From: Octopus bimaculoides
Lineage: Eukaryota
Direction of reading: 5' to 3'
Assembly (NCBI RefSeq): GCF_001194135.2
Contig: NC_068985.1
Location: 42,105,549-42,169,548 of the forward strand
DNA length: 64,000 nucleotides
The notes below the pieces were generated by a model. It saw nothing but the letters and a program-made list of their open reading frames with translations. It did not search any database and was not told the origin of the DNA. Positions 1-11,446 of this stretch are shown in pieces. Position 1 is the stretch's first letter; every line of letters begins with the position of its first letter. The position numbers were made by a program, and so were the translations under genes.

Positions 1-33
<33 letters not shown>

Positions 34-42
34 GCATAATAG

Positions 43-64
43 CAACGATATAAGAACTACTGCA
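43..64 (+). CDS. Possible upstream mini-exon of the same gene (QRYKNYC+K)
   Basis: Perfect donor A|GTAAGT at 65 with a phase-1 end compatible with exon 2108. The acceptor is weak (ATAATAG after a (TA)n run). Confidence 0.25.
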
Positions 65-167
65 GTAAGTGCGTGAATCTGAGAAGGGAATATGTTGAAT
101 AAAATCATAATTAACTGATCCTCTTGTATTTTCATTTGCGAAAGCCAGGAGCTTCTCAACACCCCAT

Positions 168-263
168 CGTATGTATGTATGTATGTATGTATATACATAT
201 GTATGTATGTATGTATGTAGGTAGGTAGGTAGGTAGGTAGGTAGGTAGATATGTATGTATGTA
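168..263. repeat. Compound (ATGT)n/(AGGT)n microsatellite
   Basis: Read directly. Many similar arrays occur: (GA)n 655-722, (GT)n 1065-1138, (ATGT)/(GT) 8400-8513, (CT)n 14047-14146, (ATAC)/(AC) 25475-25557, (AC)/(ATAC)/(AGAT) 39140-39310. Confidence 0.95.
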
Positions 264-440
264 TCATCATCATGATCATCATTATCCTTTAATGACTGTT
301 TTTCATTCTGGCATGGGTCGGGTGGTTTGACAGAAGCTGGCAAGTTGGAGCCTCCATTGACTGCTTTGATACTTTCTATTGCTGGATGCCCTTCCTATAA
401 CCAGCCACTTTATAGAGTTTACTGTCACCAAGTAACTTGC
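262..440 (-). mobile_element. SINE 3' portion with (GAT)n tail
   Basis: Reverse complement resembles the + copy at 5385-5549 (GGGCATCCAGC ... CCCATGCCAG...AAA...GATGATG). Confidence 0.6.
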
Positions 441-1101
441 AGACAAAGACCGTTTGGCTGGAAGAGGGAGCAGTACTGAGGGAAATAGCTTTGTGCCTGA
501 TGAGAGGTTAAAGGTTAAACAGAGGGACAGAGATAGGTGTCTTACTGTGGAGGAGATACTTGGCTACCTAAGTAGGAAAAGAAAGGAAGGAGAGAATCGA
601 GAGATAAAGCTAGAAAGAAAGATAGAGAGACAGTGAGAGAGGGCGGGAGGGAAAGAGAGAGAAAGAGAGAGAGAGAAAGTGAGAGAGAGAGAGAAAGTGA
701 GAGAGAGAGAGAGAGAGAGAGAAATAGATGGTGTTGCAGAAGCATTGGGATCTATCCACATGGAACAGTGGTGGGGAATATAAGTGGTACAGAGGGGATA
801 GAGGGTTATGTTTCATAAGAGTGTTAGAGGAGATGTTTAGAGATGGGGGAAGAGGTGAATGCTGTAAGTGGTGGTGAGAAAAATTGGAGTGGCTGGGGTA
901 GGTATGGTAGGTATTTGAGGGCATGGAGAATGTGTGGACAGGTATGTGAGAGATAGTGGAGGTGCCTGAAGCAGGTGGTGATCATGGGTGGTGGGATGGT
1001 GGGGGCTTTAGGATGATGGGTTTTGGGGGAATTTTGAATTGACAGAAGACAGATTGTGTATGTTGTGTGTGTGTGTGTGTTTGTGCATGTGTGTCTGTGT
1101 G

Positions 1102-1142
<41 letters not shown>

Positions 1143-1374
1143 GGAGCATGGCTATAAAAGACATGCTTGTATATGGCCATGATTTTACTTATAAATACAC
1201 CTGAATAAATAGTGCTGTAGTTAGCAGAGTAATGGAGGGATGGGTGTTAGAAAAGTGAGAGGTGGGGAATGCTTGGCATGTACAGACTGGATACAGTGTC
1301 TGATGTAAGCAATTTGCTTTTAGGACCTCATTTTTTGTTGAGATGGACAGGTCTTCTTGAGCATAACAAATCAT

Positions 1375-1900
1375 AAATCATCTCAATCCTTTGTCATCTC
1401 CTCCATGAGGCTCAACAATGTGATGATGGTCTTCAATATTTTGTCCATGTCTCCTTGGGTCTCTTATTTCGTCAGGTAACATCCATTTTTAATGATCAGC
1501 ACTTCTTTATGCAACTGTCCTCATCCACATCCATCAAATGACCATCCCAGCATAGTTTTCTCTCATGCACACTACATCTGATGCCTCTCATGCCCAATTT
1601 TTCTCTCAATACATTAACACTTGTGGTACATGCACTCTGTCATTGCACTTCCAGATGAACACACTAGATTCTTTTCTTTCTAGTCTTTGCATATCATTTG
1701 CATTCTTGGCCTATGTTTCACTATAATGTAGCATTGCTGTTCATACACAAGCATCATACAATCTACCTTTCACTCTATTATTCACATAGGTAATAACTCC
1801 CTGAACTTTCTCCAGCTAGTTCATATTCTAGCAACTGTACTTTCAGTAGTTTTGTTCAAAGGTCACTATGCTCACAAATGTTGAGACATCCTCGTTTTTA
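1375..1900 (-). mobile_element. Degraded RTE-clade LINE 3' fragment
   Basis: Minus-strand remnants RVKGRLYDACV, LREKLGMRGIRCSV, L.W.GHL..VDEDSCIKKC, all typical of the RTE ORF C-terminus. Multiple stops. Confidence 0.6.
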
Positions 1901-2107
1901 GTCAATATATCCACAATAGTACCAAAGGCACATTCAACTATGTTGTTGGGAATAGCAAAAGCACTTGCTGAGTCTAAGTATTATAATATTGATGCAAAAT
2001 AAATAAGACAATTTGATATGTGTAAAATATGTGTTTTTGGTTTTAAAAAAAAGTGAAAAAATGATTTCACATTTTATATAAAATATTTAAAATTATTTTT
2101 CTTATAG

Positions 2108-2140
2108 AATTAAAACCTGGGAAAATTATTCCAAGGATAG
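2108..2140 (+). CDS. Small coding exon (33 nt, phase 1-1; xLKPGKIIPRI) of a gene entering from upstream of the window
   Basis: T-rich acceptor TTTTTCTTATAG| and donor G|GTAATG. Splices in frame to 3235-3262. Confidence 0.65.
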
Positions 2141-3234
2141 GTAATGTATTCTCTTTGATTTATAAATTGTTTTACTTTTCATTTTCATAAATTAATCAGT
2201 GGCCATAGCTATGACTTGTGACTAGTCCTCCATCCAGGTGTGTAAGACTGATGTGGCTAACTTGAGCACTGTAGGATAGTATTTTCAGAAAAATGTGAGT
2301 GAGGAAGAAATTCCAGGTGGGAGAATGATCTTGAGGAGCAAAAGTTGGGGACAGTGTTTAGTGTGGTTTAAATTAATCCAACACACTCTGTACAAAACAA
2401 TTTCTTGATCATTCCATTTCAAATGATTATCTATAAAAGTATTTAATCCATCAAAAACATATCTAATCTATAGTCACTGGGAGGAAAATTATCTACAAAG
2501 TTAAGAATAACTCAGTAATTAAATATTAAATTAAAAATACCAGCAAGGATTGCTCATTTGAAATTATGTGTCCAAATCATTTTGAATAGGGTTACAGATT
2601 TAATATTTTGTATTTTAATAAAGATAATGATTACTGCATATTAGAATAAATACCTGGAGTTTATACCTGGATGTGATATGGGGCTCATCTCACTCTTTCT
2701 GATTTTGAATCCTAGATCTACATTCCACAGGAATATAAAAAAAATTAAAAAGAAGGCTTGAGACAGCATGTTGCATTTTGTAATTATAGTCTGTATTTGC
2801 AATAATGCTATTCATATTATGTATATTCTGATTGTTAGAAAAGTTACACTGTATACCCTCTGCTCATAAGAGGTAACTCAAAGGGTAAGCATTGAGAAGG
2901 GCATATGGCTGTAAGCCATTGCCTCAAAATATCCTGTTCAACCCATGTGAGTATACAAAAATGGATGCTAAAAAAAATTATGATGATGATGATGAGGAGG
3001 ATTTAGAGCATAATTTTCATCCTTAGTTTTTGAAATTCTCCTCATTCTTCTAACAGAAGGAATTCCTGAATCTTTCATTCCCTTCATTAATAGAGTTTCT
3101 TCGATTTTAATTTGAAGCAAAGTATAGTCTTTAGAAATCCATCTCCAAAGCCACCATTAAACTATCAAGTGAATTATTCTAAATGTTTTAATTTTAAAAG
3201 ATATAGCCAATAATGTATTTTTTCTATTTTTCAG

Positions 3235-3262
3235 TAATCACTCCTGCAAGCGAGGTACCCAA
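3235..3262 (+). CDS. Small coding exon (28 nt, phase 1-2; VITPASEVPK)
   Basis: Strong acceptor TTTTTCTATTTTTCAG| and perfect donor |GTAAGT. Phases fit both neighbouring exons. Confidence 0.7.
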
Positions 3263-3569
3263 GTAAGTCCTGAACATTTATTAATTTTTGTTACCATCTT
3301 TTAATTCCCTGAAAATTTGTAGAAGTACTATGATAGAAGACTGGTATACACTTATCTAGTAAAATCAATTGAATTAAGATATTAGTAGATGTTCAGTGAT
3401 TGAATGTACTTTCTGTTTGTCACTCTTACTTGTCACATGGGATGTAAATTATTTTAGGTACCATCAAATATTTTGATGGTTCAACAATGTGCACCATTAT
3501 AGATAGGAGAGCAGTACATCTTATTGGGGATTAGTACTGGTAGGTGGTGGAGTAGGACATTCTGGTGGA

Positions 3570-3762
3570 TTCATTTGTACTCCAAGGTCGGAAGTGGTGA
3601 AGTAATACTCCATGGCAAATAATTTATATTCCAGGAGGGGCAATTTGTACTCCAGGATAGGCATTTTATACTCTAGGGTGGGTGATTCATACTCCAGGAT
3701 GGGGGATTTATACTCCAGGTCAAGCAAATTATGCTCCAGGATGGGTGATTTATACTTCTAAA
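3570..3762. repeat. Degenerate 21-bp minisatellite (~8-9 units, core ATTTATACTCCAGG)
   Basis: TACTCCAGG-like core recurs every 21 nt. It appears in the ORF track as LEYKSPI/LEYESPT/LEYKMPI heptads on the minus strand. Confidence 0.8.
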
Positions 3763-4424
3763 CTATTTAGCTACTGATCAATATACTAAGATGATGACTT
3801 TCCAGATTATTGACCACAACTTTAGAGTGTAAATTTTACAAAATTCACCTTTTTTTTTGTACTGCTTAGTTGGAGAAGGAAAGGTGATATTTTAAGCCCT
3901 TATTTTAATTTTTTATTGAGTGGAGGGATTCTGAGATTGGTGGTAGGAAGAGAAGGTTATTCTCAATACAGAGATGTGACCCAAATGCTTTCAACAAAGT
4001 GGACTCTGCTAAAGGAACACAAATATTGGATGGTAGCATTAAACTAGACCATAAATAAAATCTACAATTTATGTTTCAATCAAGTTGGTCCCCAATCATC
4101 ATCAGGAGGTGTTAAATTCCTGGATGTAAATGTAGACCAAGATAAAATTATTGTCATTAAAATAGTTTGGTGAGATGAATGATAACACTAAACTATGAGG
4201 AAGCTTCGTGTGGGCAGGCTTCTATGTTGTCATTTGGCTATCTAGAAATCCCACCATATTAACTTAGTAGAAGGAAGGAGACTTTGAATAATGTATTCTT
4301 GATATAATATGTCTGAATACAAAAACAGGATGGTCATAGCTGGAATGCCATTGCTCAAAAGTCAACTGGATCAGGGTTGACTTGGTTCTAAAGAACAATA
4401 ATGAAAGATGGCCTCTTTTAACTA

Positions 4425-5048
4425 AATATTGGGATCTTTTTTAAAACGGGGGCCACATTTTTCATTAATGTTTTACGTAGTGTTTTTGGTACCGAAAGAC
4501 TTTCAAACTTCGTATACTTATCTATTTTGTGTTATAGAACAGAAAAATATTTTTGTATTCGAATTTATTTCATGTAAAAAATTGTCTTATTTCGATAATT
4601 TCAACCAATCACTGACAAGTATTCAGTTGTTTACCTTTACTCCTTTGGCTCATTAAGCGATGTAAAGCATATTTAATCTCCATACCTTCGTTTTATTTGC
4701 TTTTTTCATTTTAAATTTGCTTTAACCCTAACCTTAACCCTAACCCTAACCCTAACCCTAACCCTAACCCTAACCCTAACCCTAGGGTTAGGGTTAGGGT
4801 TAATTGTTTCAGAATCGTTTGTTTATGTAGTCGGCACTTAATGTATATCGGCTGAATGGACGTCAGTGATTGGTTGAAATTACAGAAATACGACAACTTT
4901 AACATGGAATAATTTATGGATTTCTTTTTTTTTTAAGAAGACTAAGAGAAAAAGATGTTTTATATGACACATTCTACCAGTGTTCCAAGTTTCAAAGTGT
5001 TTCGTTAATGAAAAATGTGGCCCCCGTTTTAAAAAAGATCCAAATATT
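4425..5048. mobile_element. Non-autonomous TIR element (MITE) with nested inverted repeats and a central telomeric-repeat palindrome
   Basis: 44-bp TIRs at 4425-4468 and 5005-5048 (AATATTGGGATCTTTTTTAAAACGGGGGCCACATTTTTCATTAA, 1 mismatch). Perfect 20-bp inner IR at 4597-4616 and 4862-4881. (TAACCC)n-TA-(GGGTTA)3 at 4722-4803. A second family member is at 50520-50867. Confidence 0.85.
4722..4803. repeat. Interstitial telomeric repeat, (CCCTAA)~10 fused to (TTAGGG)3
   Basis: Read directly; symmetry axis CCCT|AGGG at 4783/4784. Confidence 0.95.
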
Positions 5049-5298
5049 GAATGATAGCCTGAGATATTTGATACACTGAAGCCACAAATCACCTCTAAGC
5101 CTAATTCATAATTTTACTTGAGCAGGGTTGACAAGAATAACTCAGCAACAACATTTACAACTATAACAATAATAACACCTTGAAAACATTAGATGTAGTA
5201 CAGTTTGAACTCCTAAATTTAGTGCCAGAAACTTTGTACTTCTGGTAACTTTCTGGCAATAAATATTTCTACAAGTATACTTTTTGTTTGTTTTGCAG

Positions 5299-5358
5299 AG
5301 ATATAGAAATCCTCATTGATGGACCGATTAAGAATTCATTATATGATTTAAATAATCC
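5299..5358 (+). CDS. Small coding exon (60 nt, phase 2-2; DIEILIDGPIKNSLYDLNNP)
   Basis: Acceptor TTTGTTTGTTTTGCAG| and donor |GTGAGT. Only the phase-2 frame is open, and that is the phase delivered by the previous exon. Confidence 0.7.
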
Positions 5359-5384
5359 GTGAGTGTTTTTTTTTTTTTTTTTGC

Positions 5385-5549
5385 GTGCGGGTGACACGTA
5401 AAAGCACCCACTACACTCTCTGAGTGGTTGGCGTTAGGAAGGGCATCCAGCTGTAGAAACTCTGCCAAATCAGACTGGAGCCTGGTGTTGCCATCCGGTT
5501 TCACCAGTCCTCAGTCAAATCGTCCAACCCATGCTAGCATGGAAAGCGG
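5385..5549 (+). mobile_element. 5'-truncated SINE with (GAT)n tail
   Basis: AGTGGTTGGCGTTAGGAAGGGCATCCAGCTGTAGAAAC...CCCATGCTAGCATGGAAAGCGGACGTTAAACGATGATGATG. Related fragments occur at 262-440 and ~2890-2995. Confidence 0.7.
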
Positions 5550-6359
5550 ACGTTAAACGATGATGATGAATGTAGATGCATTGGTAGATTTTGGACAGTT
5601 GAAACTTCTCACTTGTAATGTCTTTCATAATTATGTATTATTGTAAATATGGCACAAAATATCTAAAGACTTAGCCTTGAGTGAGTGATATTACATACCT
5701 ATTGTATGGAAGTTGGTTAGAAAAGAGCCGGACATGTTTTCTGGTTATTTGCTGAATGTCATTTGACATGAAAGTGTATGACTGGAAAGCAAGTATTGCA
5801 CAATGTAGTGACATAGACATCTAATGTGAATGAATGCTATGTTAAAGGAGTGGTTCTCATATCGAGTGCTGTAGGGCACAAACAGACCACATGAGGTGTT
5901 GTGGAATATCACAGATTTAAACAAATGCAGGCATACCTCATTATATCTTTTTTCAACTTTACATCATTCTTTTGTTTTTTTTAAGAAATTAATTAAAAAA
6001 TAAACCTCAACTTCAGTTGACTTATTTGACTTTATATCAATCTTAAAGATATTTAAAAGCATAAAATTTTTTAAAAATTCACTTAAAAACCAATACTGAA
6101 GTAAAAAATCAAATAAAACACATGTGAAAATATATAAATAGAACAAGATATAAGCTAATAAACTTTTTCAAATGATTTTCATATCACGTCATTTTTTTAA
6201 AGTTAAGTTGTCTTGGAACCAATTACTGGCATAAATTGAAGTGTATCCATATAGTTTAAGCTTTGGGAAAATGTGTTTTTCATAATTATATTATACATAA
6301 GTTTTTGGATTTGGATTGCAAGATTCTTTATGTGAGTTCATGTGTTGAAGCATATTCTT

Positions 6360-7671
6360 TTGTGTCTGGGGAGAGTCATTCTCTTTTAGTGCCTTATAAT
6401 TTAACACACTCACCAGTAAAATTTCCACTTATTTCCTTCTTTATTTTTCTAAAATTTTCGTTGCGTCTTGCAACCTTTTCAGACTGTGAACAATAGAGTG
6501 AAGCTCCTCCACTCCTATTACATGAAACCCATAGCTTCAAAATATGTTGTTCACAAGAACTCAGTTTTGTCACATAACATGAAAATCAACATACTGATGG
6601 CAGACTTAAGATAATGAACAACATGTCCCCACTATGCGACCCCTATGAAACGCAAAAACATATACAGAACTTCATGCACTGCAGGCAATTCTCTGGATAT
6701 GATCAGAAAGATAGGGTTTGAGTATACAGGGGTGCTAGAAAGAAATTAGATAACGTTATATGTAATGATACCAGTGGTACCTGCCCTAGATTTAGAAACA
6801 AAGACTGGAATAGGATACAAAGAACTTGTGACAAAGCAAACAGGGTGAACAAGTGGTATAAAACTGACAAATATCAAGGAGTGATGTTTGTAGAGGCCAC
6901 CTCTGAAGGTGACCAAACTCAACATTAAGATTGTTGAAAAGCCAGGAACTCCATCAGATCACAACTATGTAGGACATACTCCTTTGAGAATACCATATGC
7001 ACCAATGATAACTGCATGGTATGTAGGATTAGCCCTATCATTAACTGTAGAACTAGAAATATAGTTTACAGCATGATGCATAAAAGGTGCTTGTAAAGAC
7101 ATGAACATGACATACATAGGGGAGACATCTAGGAGCATTGCGATAAGACTAAATGAACATCTGAGACAATATGACGACAAAAAACAGTCTTCCATACTCT
7201 ACCAGCATGTCAAGGACCAGCATGGAGGCAACCTGGGTCACGTTGACGTCAGCATCTTATCCAAGCACCAAAAGGACCCAACACTTAGACAAATACAGGA
7301 GTACATCCTCAGAAATAAAACTTCTCCAATACTAAATAGGAAATATACACATGAATATGCAGAATACATACATATAAATGTACACACATACATACATAAA
7401 TAGATGCATACACACACATGCATGCATACATACATACATACACACATGCATGTATACACACACACACGCACGCACACACTAACCCATGCACATGCATACA
7501 AACAAACAAAAAGGAACGCAGTGTGAATAACAGATAGAATCAAAAGTATTGAAAAGGTTGCAAGACACAACGAAAATTTTAGAAAAATAAAAAAGGAAAT
7601 AAGTGGAAATTTTACTGGTGAGTGCGTTAAATTACAAGGCACTAAAAGAGAATAACTCTCCCCAGACACAA
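6360..7671 (+). mobile_element. Truncated Penelope-like retroelement (GIY-YIG endonuclease remnant) bounded by ~122-bp inverted arms
   Basis: CRTRNIVY...YIGETSRSIAIRLNEH...SILYQHVKDQH is a GIY-YIG motif typical of PLEs (ORF 7101-7403). 6360-6481 is the reverse complement of 7550-7671 with only scattered mismatches. Confidence 0.8.
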
Positions 7672-7824
7672 CATTATACACAAGTGTTATTCTTTATTGT
7701 ATTATACACAATGAATTAAGAGATAGTTTACTATATTTTTAAAACATAACACAATAATGTCCACAACTACATCAACATATCATTCAGTGATTTACTAAAT
7801 ATTTTTTCTTTCTTCTCATTACAG

Positions 7825-7861
7825 ATACATTTATTTGGCAAACAGCTGTAAATATTTCTAA
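7825..7861 (+). CDS. Probable terminal coding exon (YIYLANSCKYF*), followed by AT-rich putative 3' UTR
   Basis: Long pyrimidine tract TTTTTTCTTTCTTCTCATTACAG|. Phase-2 reading gives 11 codons then TAA (7859-7861). AATAAA hexamers occur downstream (e.g. ~8544, ~8782). Confidence 0.5.
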
Positions 7862-8472
7862 CATCCTTGGCTCAGAGATTTTACAAATACATGTTTGTAA
7901 TACAGAAATTACAAATATGTTTGTTGCAATTTACAGCTATATATCCATCATAATTTACAGTTACATATTTATCACAAGGAATATTTTTTAATTAAATTAT
8001 ACATCATCAAGTAGCTGTAAATATTTTGTGTGAAAATTTCCATTACTTCTGTATGAATGTCTCAAATTACATATACATACCTGTTACCTATAAAGGGTTC
8101 CAAACTAAAATTGTTATTATGTATAAATGTATGTTGCAAATTGCAGATTCATTCATGTAAAAAGAAGTTGTAAACAGCTGTATCATAAATCTGCAATAAT
8201 GGTATGTGTCACGATTTACGGGAACATTGTAGATAATCCTGAGACACAAACATACATTTATATCACAAGTAACTGATACAGACCTGTTACAAATTGGTGA
8301 CACATGTGTATGTCACAAATCACTGTTGTAGGCGTGTCGTAAATAACTGATATAGATGTGTTGCAAATCACTGACATGTATATATGTCACAAATAATTTA
8401 TGTATGTATGTATGTATGTATGTATGTATGTATGTATGTATGTATGTATGTATATGTGTGCGTGTGTGTGTG

Positions 8473-8516
<44 letters not shown>

Positions 8517-9767
8517 TTCACAAGATGTAAATATATTTCATATCAATAAAACTATTTAAAGAATTTCAAACTTTGTTTTGTGTTAAATTCAAAAGTATTA
8601 TGAATTAATTGAGAAGGTTCTTTTTGATGTGCTCAGTTCATGCTTATTACAAAATTCATAATTGCAATTAATAAATAAGTCCCAGCGTTGAATCTAAGCA
8701 GAGACTTACTTCAGGTCCATAAATTGAAGAATCATCTTCTTTCACCAAAGCTTGATTAAGAGAAAGCATAATTGAATGAGAAAATAAAATTGTTAAGTCA
8801 ACAGATTCAGGTGCAAAAAGAAATTAAAATTTTGTGCTAAAAAGTTAGGTTTATATAATCATGGCATACAAAATGTTATAGAAGCCTGCATATGATCTGA
8901 GTGCTGTAGGTTATCTATACCTGCTGCAAACTGATGATTCATTCATTAGACAGTTGAAAATATCCCCACAGTTTTTACTTTTCATCTTATTACTTGTAAA
9001 CAACTGCTAAATACACTTTGTAGTTAAGCAGGTAAAACAGTATCCAGAATTGAAATATCTGATTTTCCTATTTGCAGAAACATTTACATCTCAGGAAAAT
9101 TATGAACGAAAATGTTTAAAAAAAGAGATGAAATATATTTAATATGGATAAAATTATAGAGAATGATAAAAAGTATTTTTTAACAAGAATTTAAAGAAAC
9201 AAAGTATGGTCTGTGTCAGTTAAACTCAGTTTTTGTAAAAAAAATTAAGTTTGTGGAACTTAAACAAAAAGGGCTCAGTTCATAATGTCAGCTTTCTCCT
9301 TTCTGGTATCATAAAAACTAATCTTACTTTACGAATTTATAAGGAGAAGCAGTAACAAAGATTAGTATTTTAGGGACAGAATGCAATGAAAATTGAAATA
9401 ATGTATGTTGTACTGTAAAATGGGATACTTCTGTTAACGGTTTTATGTCAAAATTTATAAGTAATTGAAGAAATATCAATGTGAGCAATGATAATGGAGT
9501 TGAAAACAAAGTGGGCAGTGAATATGAAGGATTTGTTCAAAAGGACCCTGACAAGATGGTACAAAGTCAGTTTTGAGAAACATCAAGATAATCAAAATTT
9601 GACATGGTAAAGTTGATGAAATGGGTCACCTGAGAGTTGTAGAAATTTTTCCCAAGATAAAACCCTGCAGCAAATGCCTTTCACATTCTAGTGAGCAGCA
9701 ACTTATTAAAGACAAATGTACACATCTTTATATTGACCTTCGCTGCTTCATGTGTTCGTATTGTATA

Positions 9768-11100
9768 TCCATCTCCATCCATCTATTTTCTCTTTTCTCT
9801 GCTCACTATTCCTGGGAGGGTTTGGGATAGAGTCTCAGGCACCTTTTCCATAGGGTCCAATCAGAGGCAACCCTCATTAGACTTCTGGCTGCATTCTCAA
9901 ACGAGAACAACTGAGGCTATGCACTTTATCCATACATCTTGTTTCTGGCCAACCCCTAGGTCTCCGGCTCATTGGCTCGGCTTGAACAACCCGTTTTGAA
10001 ATTCTTTCCAGCGACATTCTAGTCGCATGTCCATAGTACTGGAGCTGCGATCCTTCCATGCGGAAAAGTAGCAGTTCGACCTGGAGAGACTCCCTGATCT
10101 TTGAGCTTTGTACCCTGTCGAGTAACGTTACTCTAGAGGCTCCTCGAAGGGATCCTATTTTGGTTGCCTGTATTCGTGATCGTACTGTTTCGGTCATTAC
10201 CCAACACTCACGATCGTAGGTGAGGAAAGGTACAAGAATCGAAATGAAGATAGCGAGTTTGGCTCTTTGTTTTAGAACCTCTTCTTCTCTGAGGATCGAA
10301 TGCTGGTCCCGGCGCATTACTGTATCAGCACCTAGAATCCTAACATCCAATTTAGCACCCTACCTTCCATCACAGCGCCGAAATACTTAAACTTCTCCGC
10401 TTATCTCAGTAACGTTCCTCTAACAAGCAGTGTGCACTGAGAAGACGCGTTTGAGAGGACCAATGCCTGTCTTCGTAACACTAATTCTCATCCCTGCTTT
10501 GCAACACTCGCAGTAAACCCATTTAGTGCAGGTCGAAGATCACCTTCTGATGAGCGAAGTGGCACCATGTTGTCTGCAAATATCAGTCGACCAATCCTAT
10601 ACCCACTGATTGCGATACTTCTACAATGGCTGCGCATATCAATCCAGAGCATACAAATTATGAAAAAGAGAAGCGAAAATACACAGCCCTGCCGAAGTCC
10701 AACACCCATGTTGAAAGGTTTCGACTTTGCACCATTTACATAAACATAAACACCTGGGCATTTGTAAAGGGACTTCACGGCAACCAGAAGTTTCCGACTA
10801 ATCCCAAACTCTTGCAAAATCCTCCTCAGCATGTCTGTGATATGTAGTCGTATGCCTTTTGGAAGTCTACAAAACAAGCATACACTTGGCATTATTCCCA
10901 CGATTTCTCGAAGACAGGGCTTTGAGTGAATATCACCGGAGTGATATTTGATTACTTTATAGTTTGTCTGAGTGTCGGTTTGGTGTCTGGAATGGGATAG
11001 CTTACCTCATGGGCAAGCTCTTTGACTTTGGTTGGTAATCTACCTAGGAGAAGGAAATCTCCGAAATAAAACCCGAGGTCTTGGAAGTTTCTATTTTTGT
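9768..11100 (-). mobile_element. Internally deleted RTE-clade LINE, Rex3/Expander-like
   Basis: RT motifs GLRQGC.FS.LLF and LIFAD(N). C-terminal AKLAIF.SI.VP.LTY..ECWVMTE..RSRIQA and RRPRG.P.TR. (GATG)-type tail at ~9768-9785. Stops and frameshifts present. Confidence 0.8.
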
Positions 11101-11446
11101 CAATTTGTTGTCCGGCGAAAGTCTTCTTGGGCCAATAGGTGGGGGTAGTGCAGTGTAAGCTACACCCACTGAAAGTTATTCATCTGCACAGGTACTTCCT
11201 GTACTCCAAATCTTAGTAAAATCATTTATTGGTTGGTTGGCAGAAACCTAAAAATGCACTTGTAACTTACTCTAAAATGTCTCAGATTCAGTAAATAGCA
11301 AGAAAGGCTTGGGCACATCAGGGGAATAGGTCTGGTTCGACAGGTGTCCCTTTGTATCACAGGCTGGACCGGTCATCATCCTGCCACTGTGGTCAAACAA
11401 TCTTCAAGAAAAAGTAAATATAAACATCCTTTGAATTTCGGTTGTT

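Noticed and set aside
454-1180. ORFs with LSLSLS, ERERER, THTHTH or VCVCVC runs here and throughout the window
   Set aside because: Translations of microsatellites, not genes.
4722-4803. Ancient telomere-telomere chromosome fusion site
   Set aside because: Polarity is (CCCTAA)n then (TTAGGG)n, the opposite of a fusion scar, and the tract sits inside a TIR element that has a second copy in the window.
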